DNA of 32,000 bases, from positions 840,001 to 872,000 of the forward strand of contig NZ_JBHSTI010000008.1 in NCBI RefSeq assembly GCF_042660085.1, given 5' to 3'. Each line of letters starts with the position of its first letter. The stretch's first letter is position 1. A program made the position numbers and the translations under genes. Of this stretch, positions 1 through 7,544 are shown in pieces. Below the pieces are notes generated by a model, which worked only from the letters and a program-made list of their open reading frames with translations, had not been told where the DNA came from and ran no database searches. This DNA comes from Longivirga aurantiaca (GTDB lineage Bacteria > Actinomycetota > Actinomycetes > S36-B12 > CAIYMF01).

Positions 1-206
1 AGATCAAGGCGACCTCGGTGCCGAAGTTCCGCGCCGGCGCCGAGTTCAAGTCCACCGTGGCCGGCAAGAAGAAGGCCCCGGCCAAGAAGGCTGCTCCGGC
101 CGCCAAGAAGGCCCCGGCGAAGAAGGCCGCCCCGGCCAAGAAGGCTGCTCCGGCCGCCAAGAAGGCTGCTCCGGCCAAGAAGGCCGCGCCCGCGCGCAAG
201 CGCTGA
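1..206 (+). CDS. hup: C-terminal fragment of HU-family DNA-binding protein with lysine/alanine-rich PAKKA-repeat tail (5' end outside window)
   Basis: Partial frame reads IKATSVPKFRAGAEFKSTVAGKKKAPAKKAAPA...ARKR, which is the end of the HU fold followed by the actinobacterial HupB-type basic tail; stop at 204-206. Confidence 0.85.
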   Translation, partial: IKATSVPKFRAGAEFKSTVAGKKKAPAKKAAPAAKKAPAKKAAPAKKAAPAAKKAAPAKKAAPARKR

Positions 207-296
207 TCCGGGCGGCTCCGGCCGCATCGGTGCACCACCTCCGGAGAGGGCCCGGGTCCACGAGGACCCGGGCCCTCTCCGCGCGTCCTGACCCGC

Positions 297-506
297 TCAG
301 GCGGGAAGGGTGACGCGCACGGCGATGCCGTCGACCAGGTGGAGGTGCACGCGCTGGCCGCTGCGCAGCAGAAGGAGCCCGCCGGCGGCGAAGGCCGCAG
401 CGTCGTACGCCGCCTCGGTGCCGTCGTCGAGCAGCACGCTGCCGGCGCCGGTCGCGGGGTCGTGGACGCGGACGGTCGCGACCACCACGCCGACCGCGTC
501 AGTCAC
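297..506 (-). CDS. Small hypothetical protein, about 69 aa, possibly cold-shock/OB-fold-like
   Basis: VTDAVGVVVATVRVHDPATGAGSVLLDDGTEAAYDAAAF...VHLHLVDGIAVRVTLPA; GTG start overlaps the stop of the upstream cofC-like gene by 8 bp. Confidence 0.5.
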   Translation of the reverse strand: MTDAVGVVVATVRVHDPATGAGSVLLDDGTEAAYDAAAFAAGGLLLLRSGQRVHLHLVDGIAVRVTLPA

Positions 507-1158
507 CGTGCACCAGTGCTGCCGTGGCCGGCCCGAGCCCGAGGCGTCCGGCGTCCCAGAGGTCGACCTCGGTGTCGACGTCCCGACGTAGACCGGGGGC
601 GGGGCCGGGCTCGAGCGCGACCGCTCCGGATGCCGCGTGCGCAGCCCTCGAGCGCGGGCCGAAACGGGGGCCGAGATCGCTGCCCGGCCGGGCCGTGAGC
701 AGGGTCGTGCCAGTGCCGGCGGCGTCGGCCACGAACCCACGCGCCACCTCGCCGCCCGCCTCGAGGGCGCGTCGCAGCTCGTCCGAGCGGAGCGCCGGGA
801 GGTCTGCCACCAGCGCCGCCAGCGCGACGTCCGGCTGCTCGAGCCGCAGCTGCGCGGCCACGGCCTCGACCAGCTCGTTCAGCCCGGCGCCCTCGATGTC
901 GGGCACCCACCGGGCACCCAGGCCGGACACCGCCGACCGCACCTCCGCGTCGTCCGACGCCACCACGACCGAGCGGACCCGCTCGCACGCCAGTGCCGCG
1001 CGCACCGTGTCGACCGCGAAGGCGAGGGCGAGGCTGCGCCGTTCGGGAGCCGGGCGCCCGGAAAGCCGGGTCTTGGCGCGATCGAGCCGCTTCACGGGCG
1101 CGACGACGACCCAGTCGAGAGGGCTGGACGGGGAAGGCACGACCACATCCTCGCCCAT
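499..1158 (-). CDS. cofC: 2-phospho-L-lactate guanylyltransferase (coenzyme F420 biosynthesis)
   Basis: WVVVAPVKRLDRAKTRLS...LALAFAVDTVRAAL...VVVASDD...ALVADLPALRSDEL...ADAAGTGTTLLTARPGSDLGPRFGPRSRAAH is characteristic of CofC/FbiD. Confidence 0.85.
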   Translation of the reverse strand: MGEDVVVPSPSSPLDWVVVAPVKRLDRAKTRLSGRPAPERRSLALAFAVDTVRAALACERVRSVVVASDDAEVRSAVSGLGARWVPDIEGAGLNELVEAVAAQLRLEQPDVALAALVADLPALRSDELRRALEAGGEVARGFVADAAGTGTTLLTARPGSDLGPRFGPRSRAAHAASGAVALEPGPAPGLRRDVDTEVDLWDAGRLGLGPATAALVHGD

Positions 1159-1234
1159 CGGCGGTGTCAGGCTGGACCCGCGCCCCTGCGGAGGCGAGGA
1201 TCGGCACCCGAGACGGCGAGAGGAGGCCCGGCGG

Positions 1235-2056
1235 ATGGCCAAGCGAGCAAGCGGCAAGCACCTCGGGTTCTGGTACCTCTTCTGCGTCGGGCTCCTGAAG
1301 CCGTGGCTCCTGCTGCTGACCCGCCGCGACTGGCGCGGGGTGGAGCACCTCAGGCCGGAGATCCTGCCGGACGGCTCCCAGGAGGGCGTCGTGGTGTGCC
1401 CGAACCACATCTCGTGGTTCGACCCGCTCGTGAGCGCGCACTTCTTCTACGACAACGGGCGTCCGCCGCGCTTCCTCGGCAAGGAGTCGGTGTTCCGGGT
1501 GCCGGTCGTCGGATGGCTCCTGCGGCAGGCGGGCCAGATCCCGGTCTACCGGGAGACGGCTGACGCCGCCAACGCCATACGTGACGCGATCTCGGCGGTG
1601 CAGCGCGGGGAGTGCGTCGTGCTCTACCCCGAGGGGACCATCACCCGGGACCCTGGCATCTGGCCGATGCGCGGGAAGACGGGCGCCGCCCGCGTGGCGC
1701 TGCTGAGCGGCGCACCGCTGATCCCCGTCGCCATGTGGGGGCCGCAGGCCGTGATGCGCCCGTACGTCAAGGAGTTCCGGATCCTGCCCCGCAAGACCAT
1801 GCAGGTGGTGGCAGGCCCGGCGGTTGATATCGACGACCTCCGTGGCAGGCCGCTCGACGCCGAACTGCTGCAGGAGGCGACCGACAGGCTCGTCGACGCG
1901 ATCGTGCTGCTGGTCGAGGGCCTGAGGGGGGAGACTGCACCCGCGGAGCGGTTCGACTTCAAGGCCTACCGGGCCGCACAGGCTGCTGCGGCGGGGGAGA
2001 CGTCAGGGCAGCAGGGCCCCGTCGGCACGGACGAGCAGGAGAGGTCGCAGGACTGA
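1235..2056 (+). CDS. 1-acyl-sn-glycerol-3-phosphate acyltransferase family protein
   Basis: NHISWFDPL (NHx4D motif), YPEGTITRDPGIWPMRGKTGAARVAL and PVAMWGPQ acyltransferase motifs; ATG 1235 with AGGAGG upstream. Confidence 0.88.
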   Translation: MAKRASGKHLGFWYLFCVGLLKPWLLLLTRRDWRGVEHLRPEILPDGSQEGVVVCPNHISWFDPLVSAHFFYDNGRPPRFLGKESVFRVPVVGWLLRQAGQIPVYRETADAANAIRDAISAVQRGECVVLYPEGTITRDPGIWPMRGKTGAARVALLSGAPLIPVAMWGPQAVMRPYVKEFRILPRKTMQVVAGPAVDIDDLRGRPLDAELLQEATDRLVDAIVLLVEGLRGETAPAERFDFKAYRAAQAAAAGETSGQQGPVGTDEQERSQD

Positions 2057-3060
2057 TGCGTATCGCGGTCATGGGCACGGGGTCGTGGGGCACGGCGTAC
2101 GCGATGGTGCTCGCGGACGCCGGCAACGAGGTCGTCATGTGGGGCCGCGACGCCGAGCTCTGCGAGGCGATCACCTCGACGCACGAGAACCCGCGCTACC
2201 ACCCGGGGATCGCGCTGCCGACCTCGCTCCGGGCGACGACCAACCCCGGCGAGGCTCTGGGCGGCGTGACGGTGGCGGTGCTCGCCGTCCCCGCGCAGAC
2301 GTTGCGCGCGAACCTCGGCTCGTGGACCGACGTCCTCCCCAGGGGTGCGGTGCTCGTCTCGCTCATGAAGGGCGTGGAGCAGGGCACCACGAAGCGGATG
2401 AGCGAGGTCGCGGCGGAGGTCGCCGGCGTCGACGCCATGCAGGTGGCGGTGGTGTCGGGGCCCAACCTCGCGCGCGAGATCGCCGAGCGCCAGCCGGCGG
2501 CGACCACGATCGCCTGCCCGAACCCGGCCACGGCCGAGCTCCTCGCCGAGGCGAGCACGACGGCGTACTTCCGGCCCTACTGGACCACCGATGTCGTGGG
2601 CACCGAGATCGGCGGGTCGGTGAAGAACGTCGTGGCCCTCGCGAACGGCATGGCCGTCGGCATGGGGTACGGCGAGAACGCGCAGTCCGCGCTCATCACG
2701 CGTGGCCTGGCCGAGATGACGCGCCTCGGCGTGGCTCTCGGCGCGTCGCCGCTGACGTTCCTCGGTCTCGCCGGGATCGGCGACCTGGTGGCGACCTGCC
2801 AGTCGCCGCTGTCGCGCAACCGCACCTTCGGCGAGCACCTCGGCCGCGGACTCACGCTCGACCAGGCCACCGCGGAGATGAAGCAGACCTGCGAGGGCGT
2901 GAAGTCGTGCCGGGCGATCCTCGAGCTCGCCCAGCGACAGGGCGTGGAGATGCCGATCACCGAGCAGGTCGTCGAGGTCGTGCACGCGGGCCTCGACCCG
3001 CGCGAGATGCTCCAGGCCTTCATGAGCCGCAGCCTGAAGGCCGAGGCCGAGGTCGGCTGA
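2056..3060 (+). CDS. gpsA: NAD(P)H-dependent glycerol-3-phosphate dehydrogenase
   Basis: MRIAVMGTGSWGTAYAMVLADAG...VVSGPNLAREIAERQPAATTIA...SVKNVVALANGMAVGMGYGENAQSALITRGLAEM...SRNRTFGEHLGRG; TGATG overlap with the acyltransferase gene. Confidence 0.97.
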   Translation: MRIAVMGTGSWGTAYAMVLADAGNEVVMWGRDAELCEAITSTHENPRYHPGIALPTSLRATTNPGEALGGVTVAVLAVPAQTLRANLGSWTDVLPRGAVLVSLMKGVEQGTTKRMSEVAAEVAGVDAMQVAVVSGPNLAREIAERQPAATTIACPNPATAELLAEASTTAYFRPYWTTDVVGTEIGGSVKNVVALANGMAVGMGYGENAQSALITRGLAEMTRLGVALGASPLTFLGLAGIGDLVATCQSPLSRNRTFGEHLGRGLTLDQATAEMKQTCEGVKSCRAILELAQRQGVEMPITEQVVEVVHAGLDPREMLQAFMSRSLKAEAEVG

Positions 3061-3161
3061 CGTTCGCGATGGATGCGACCTTCATCCAAGAGAGCCGAGC
3101 AATCCGGCCATCATCCGGTCGTTCTCGATGATGGTCGCCTTCATCCAGAACGGGCGTCCCC

Positions 3162-4292
3162 CTACGGGGTGAGGGCGTCGAGCGCCTGGGCCAGGTCCGT
3201 CCAGAGGTCGTCGACGTCCTCGATGCCGACCGAGAGGCGGATGAGCGTCTCAGGGATGTCCGGGCGCTCCTCGATCCACCGCCGCCGGCGCTCCCACGAG
3301 GTCTCGACGCCGCCGAGGCTCGTCGCGTGGATGACGACCGAGGTGCGGTCGCACATCGCGTCGGTCTCCTCCGCGGTGCCGGTCGTCTCGAACGACACGA
3401 TCGTCCCGAAGCCGCTCATCTGCTTGGCCGCCACGAGGTGCCCGGGGTCGTCCGGCAGCCCGGGGTAGCGGACGTTGCGCACAGCGGGGTGCGACTGCAG
3501 CCGCGTGGCGAGCTCGTACGCCGAGGCCTGGGCCTGGCGCAGGCGCAGCGCCAGCGTCCGGACCCCGCGCAGGGCCAGGTAGGCGTCGAGCGGGCCGGGG
3601 ATCGCCCCGACCAGGGTGCGCACCCGCAGCAGCCTCGCGAGCAGGTCCTGATCAGCAGTAACGACCGCGCCCATGAGCACGTCGGAGTGGCCCGCCAGGG
3701 CCTTCGTCGCCGAGTGCACGACGACGTCCGCACCGAGCGCGAGCGGGCGCTGCAGCAACGGAGTGGCGAAGGTGTTGTCGCACACCGTGAGGGCGCCGTG
3801 CGCGCGCGCGGCAGCCGTGGCGGCGGCGAGGTCGCACACCTCCAGGGCGGGGTTGGTCGGTGTCTCGATCCAGAGCACCGAGGCGCCCTCGCAGGCGGCG
3901 GCGACGGCGTCCGGGTCGTCGATCTGCACGAGCCGTACGACGACGCGGCCGGCGGCCTCGAGGTCGCGGAGCCGCGCCGCGGTGCCGGAGTAGGAGTGCG
4001 ACGACACCACCACGACGCCGCCGGTGGGCACGAGGTCGAGCACCGCGGACACCGCGCCCATGCCGCTCGCGAAGGCCAGGCAGCGGCCGCCCTCGAGCAG
4101 GCCGAGCGCCTCCTCGAACGCCTCCCACGACGGGTTGGACGTCCGGGCGTACCCGACGGGCCCGCCCGCGTGGAAGGTGGAGCTCAGCACCACGGGCACG
4201 TTCACGGGCGCATCGGGTGCGGCCTCGGGACGTCCTGCGGACACGACGACGGTCTCGGGGCGCAGCGTCTCGGGCGGCTGGGGCTCGGTCAC
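3162..4292 (-). CDS. Cys/Met metabolism PLP-dependent enzyme (cystathionine gamma-synthase/lyase family)
   Basis: VSVGIEDVDDLWTDLAQAL C-terminus, SATKALAGHSDVLMGAV PLP-lysine motif, YARTSNPSWEAFEEALGLLEGG. Confidence 0.9.
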   Translation of the reverse strand: MTEPQPPETLRPETVVVSAGRPEAAPDAPVNVPVVLSSTFHAGGPVGYARTSNPSWEAFEEALGLLEGGRCLAFASGMGAVSAVLDLVPTGGVVVVSSHSYSGTAARLRDLEAAGRVVVRLVQIDDPDAVAAACEGASVLWIETPTNPALEVCDLAAATAAARAHGALTVCDNTFATPLLQRPLALGADVVVHSATKALAGHSDVLMGAVVTADQDLLARLLRVRTLVGAIPGPLDAYLALRGVRTLALRLRQAQASAYELATRLQSHPAVRNVRYPGLPDDPGHLVAAKQMSGFGTIVSFETTGTAEETDAMCDRTSVVIHATSLGGVETSWERRRRWIEERPDIPETLIRLSVGIEDVDDLWTDLAQALDALTP

Positions 4293-4356
4293 GTGAGGAC
4301 GCTAGCCGACCGAAGCCTGCCGGGGGCACCGACTGCACCCCACTAGGGTTGACGCC

Positions 4357-5469
4357 GTGAGCGAGCCCCGACGCATCCGAGTCGCCGTCGTCTTCGGTGG
4401 GCGCTCCAGCGAGCACGCGATCTCCTGCGTCTCGGCCGGCTCGGTGCTCCGTGCCCTGGACCGCCAGCGGTACGACGTCGTCCCGATCGGGCTCACCACG
4501 GACGGTCGCTGGGTGCTCGAGAGCGACGACCCGGACCGCCTGCGCATCACCGACGGCGTGCTGCCTGAGGTCGACGGCAGCGGCACCTCGCTCGTGCTGC
4601 CCGGGGACCCGACCCGGCGCGACCTCGAGGTGCACGCTCCCGGCGACGTGCCGGGCACGCTCGCCGGGGTCGACGTCGTCTTCCCCGTCCTGCACGGCGC
4701 GTACGGCGAGGACGGCACGATCCAGGGCCTGCTCGAGATGGCCGGCGTGCCGTACGTCGGGAGCGGCGTCCTCGCCTCTGCCGCCGCGATGGACAAGGGC
4801 GTCATGAAGGCGCTGTTCGCGAACGCCGGCCTCGCGCAGGCGCCGTACGCCGTCATCACCGACCGAGACTGGGCGCGCGACCGCGACGGCGCCCTGGCGC
4901 GCGTCGCGGAGCTCGGCCTGCCCGTGTTCGTGAAGCCTGCACGGGCCGGATCCTCGCTCGGCATCACGAAGGTGTCCGACGCCGACGGCCTCGTCGCCGC
5001 GATCGAGGCTGCGCGCGCGCATGACCCGCGCGTGGTGGTGGAGGCCTCGGTCGAGAGCGCCCGCGAGATCGAGTGCGGCGTGCTCGTGGATGCCGACGGT
5101 GTCCCGCAGCCGAGCGTGTGCGCCGAGATCGTGGTGAAGGGCGACCACGAGTTCTACGACTTCGATGCCAAGTACCTCGACGACGCCGCCGACCTCGTCG
5201 TACCCGCCGATCTGCCCGCCGACGTGAGCGACCAGGTTCGTGCCCTCGCCGTCCGCGCGTTCGACGCGCTGTCGTGCGAGGGGCTCGCCCGGTGCGACTT
5301 CTTCGTCGACGCCGACGGCCGCGTGCTCATCAACGAGGTCAACACGATGCCGGGGTTCACCTCGATCTCGATGTTCCCCCGCGTGTGGCAGGAGACCGGC
5401 GTCGACTACCCGACGCTCGTCGACCGCCTCGTCGCCGACGCCCTGCGTCGCGGCACCGGCCTGCGCTAG
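4357..5469 (+). CDS. ddl: D-alanine--D-alanine ligase
   Basis: VAVVFGGRSSEHAISCVSAGSVL...VFPVLHGAYGEDGTIQGLLEMAGVPYVGSGVLASA...LINEVNTMPGFTSISMFPRVW. Confidence 0.97.
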   Translation: MSEPRRIRVAVVFGGRSSEHAISCVSAGSVLRALDRQRYDVVPIGLTTDGRWVLESDDPDRLRITDGVLPEVDGSGTSLVLPGDPTRRDLEVHAPGDVPGTLAGVDVVFPVLHGAYGEDGTIQGLLEMAGVPYVGSGVLASAAAMDKGVMKALFANAGLAQAPYAVITDRDWARDRDGALARVAELGLPVFVKPARAGSSLGITKVSDADGLVAAIEAARAHDPRVVVEASVESAREIECGVLVDADGVPQPSVCAEIVVKGDHEFYDFDAKYLDDAADLVVPADLPADVSDQVRALAVRAFDALSCEGLARCDFFVDADGRVLINEVNTMPGFTSISMFPRVWQETGVDYPTLVDRLVADALRRGTGLR

Positions 5470-5477
5470 GCCGACCC

Positions 5478-7172
5478 TCAGGCGACGACGAGCGCGTCGC
5501 CTCGCGCGTCCAGCACGGTGAGGCCGTACGCCACCGCCCACCGGTGGCCGAGGGCACCTGCGACATCGGCCCGTCCGGGCGTCGACCCCGGCAGCGCGCG
5601 CACCACGAGGTCGAGCAGCTCGGAGTCGCCAGCCGGTCCGCCGACGAGCAGCACGTCCACACCGGCCGCCATGCCGGACGTCGCCCGCGCGATGTTGTCC
5701 CCCACCACGGCGCGCTTGAGGTGCTGGCGCAGCATCCGCCATTCGCCGGGGGCGAGCCGCCGGTGGAACGGCAGAAGACCGGCCGGGCCTGGCACGACGA
5801 GGGATCCGACGGCGTCGGCGGGCACAGCCGTCTCGACGAACCGGCGCTCGCCGTCCTCGCCCACCAGCACGTGCGGCCCCTCGAGCCGCGACGACGCCCC
5901 GCGCTTGGCCCACTCCGCGGCCCCGCGCGGCACGTCGAGCACGTGCGCCACCGCAGCGGTGAGCAGGTCGCCCGCGCCGGCCACGACGCGGGCCTCCTCG
6001 CCGTCAGGCACCACGTCGACGGTGCCGCCACCGAGGTCGATCACGAGAGCGCCCGGACGTGCGGACGGCGTGGTCATCGCACCGGTGCGCGCTGCGTGAG
6101 CCTCCGACGACACCCGGGACACGGGGACGCCGAGCGCGTGCGCCAGGACCGCGGCCGGATCGTCGTCGGGTGACGCGGAGGCCAGCGTGGCAATGGCGAC
6201 GGCCCGGCCGTTGACCGACCGGGGCCGTGCGGCGGCGCTCGCACCGACCGCGTCGAGGTCGACCGCCCAGGCGTCGTCGACGACGTGCTCGACGAGCCGG
6301 CCGCGGGTGGGCAGCCCGACGGCGACCACCGCACCCCGCGGTTGCGGCGCCGCTGCCAGCTCGTGCAGTGACGACCTGTGTCCCCAAGCCGTTCGCGCCC
6401 AGGCGATGTCGGCGTCGTCGGCCGTGCTGCGGGGCATCGGCGACCCGATCCCCACGGCGGCGTCGCGCAGGCCGCGCAGGGACGCCGCCGCGGCCTCGGC
6501 GGCCGCGTGCTCCGCGCTGTCGAGGTCGAGCAGCGCGGCGACCCGCACCGGATCGACGAGCTGGGCGAGGCCGTGCTCGGCCACCTCGACCGCAACCAGC
6601 GAGCAGGCGAGCGCGGCGTCGGTGTCGACCTGGTCGACGACCGGCACAGGGCGCGAGATGCGCCGGCTCACGAGCACCGCCTCGTCGCCGGCGAGCAGCA
6701 CGGCGACGACGTCGGCTCCGGCGGCCTGCCACACGTCGATCCGTTCGGACGTCGCGCGATAGCCGCGCGGATCGCGCGCCACGAGGACCACTGGACCATC
6801 GACCGCACCCGGTTCGTCGGCGAGGTCGACGGGCCGTCCCACGCCGGCTCCGGGAGCGCCCGGCGTGGCACTGCCCGATCCGAGCACCCGCAACCGCCCG
6901 GTGTCCGGCGGGGTTGCAGGCAGGACGAGGGTGTGCGAGTCGACGGGGCGCTGAGGAGCGACGACCACGCGGGTGACCTCGACGCCCGCCTTGCGCGCGA
7001 GCCGACGTACGACGACCGCGGCGGCCGACGCCGCAGCGGCGGAGCCCTTGCGGCCCCGCGTGGGAGTGCGCTCCCACACCAGCGGCATCGGAGGTACGAC
7101 CGAGACGTCGACCAGCACGACCTCGGTGGTGGCGTTGCCGACGTCGACCCCCGCGACGACCGTGCGCGTCAT
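5478..7172 (-). CDS. Diol/glycerol dehydratase reactivase, large (alpha) subunit, DdrA/PduG-like
   Basis: VVAGVDVGNATTEVVLVD ASKHA-type N-terminus, PRSVNGRAVAIATLASASPDDDP, LVIDLGGGTVDVV, VLLVGGPAGDSELLDLVVRAL; directly downstream of the diol dehydratase small subunit. Confidence 0.85.
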   Translation of the reverse strand: MTRTVVAGVDVGNATTEVVLVDVSVVPPMPLVWERTPTRGRKGSAAAASAAAVVVRRLARKAGVEVTRVVVAPQRPVDSHTLVLPATPPDTGRLRVLGSGSATPGAPGAGVGRPVDLADEPGAVDGPVVLVARDPRGYRATSERIDVWQAAGADVVAVLLAGDEAVLVSRRISRPVPVVDQVDTDAALACSLVAVEVAEHGLAQLVDPVRVAALLDLDSAEHAAAEAAAASLRGLRDAAVGIGSPMPRSTADDADIAWARTAWGHRSSLHELAAAPQPRGAVVAVGLPTRGRLVEHVVDDAWAVDLDAVGASAAARPRSVNGRAVAIATLASASPDDDPAAVLAHALGVPVSRVSSEAHAARTGAMTTPSARPGALVIDLGGGTVDVVPDGEEARVVAGAGDLLTAAVAHVLDVPRGAAEWAKRGASSRLEGPHVLVGEDGERRFVETAVPADAVGSLVVPGPAGLLPFHRRLAPGEWRMLRQHLKRAVVGDNIARATSGMAAGVDVLLVGGPAGDSELLDLVVRALPGSTPGRADVAGALGHRWAVAYGLTVLDARGDALVVA

Positions 7173-7181
7173 CGCACCCGC

Positions 7182-7544
7182 TCAGCCCTCGGCCAGCAGG
7201 CCGCGACGGGCGTACGCGGCCGCGGCCTCACGGACGAGCGCCGCATTGAGGGCCGCGCCGCGCGACTCGAGCGAGGCGGCGATGGTCTCGAGCTGCACGG
7301 TCGTCGAGCGACGTGGCCGCAGCGCGTCGTAGACCGCGAGCACCTCGTCGTCGGGCAGCCCGGTGAGCTCGGCGGCGCGTCGCAGGTTGGCCGCGAGCTG
7401 CGGGTTGGCGTTCGCCTCGGCGACTGTCGCCTGGTGCTCGAGGGTGTCGGGGTGGATGCGGATGTCGTCGATGGACACCAGTCCGTCGCGGACGGCGTCG
7501 AGGGTGATCTCGCTGCTGTCGCGGCCCGAGCGCGCGGTGGTCAT
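7182..7544 (-). CDS. B12-dependent diol/glycerol dehydratase small subunit
   Basis: SGRDSSEITLDAVRDGLVSIDDIRIHPDTLEHQATVAEANANPQLAANLRRAAELTGLPDDEVLAVYDALRPRRST resembles the PduE family; ATGA overlap with the large-subunit gene. Confidence 0.88.
   Translation of the reverse strand: MTTARSGRDSSEITLDAVRDGLVSIDDIRIHPDTLEHQATVAEANANPQLAANLRRAAELTGLPDDEVLAVYDALRPRRSTTVQLETIAASLESRGAALNAALVREAAAAYARRGLLAEG

Noticed and set aside
63-200. Short tandem repeats resembling a repeat array or CRISPR-like pattern
   Set aside because: They encode the PAKKAAPA basic tail of the HU protein; there are no spacers and the period follows codons.
499-506. Overlap of cofC-like and small downstream gene as a sign of a frameshift
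   Set aside because: Both proteins have sensible starts and stops; an 8-bp overlap is normal tight gene packing.
3652-5913. 753-aa minus-strand ORF covering ddl and part of the reactivase gene
   Set aside because: Arg/Ala/Gly-rich nonsense translation antisense to or offset from confident genes; typical high-GC spurious ORF.
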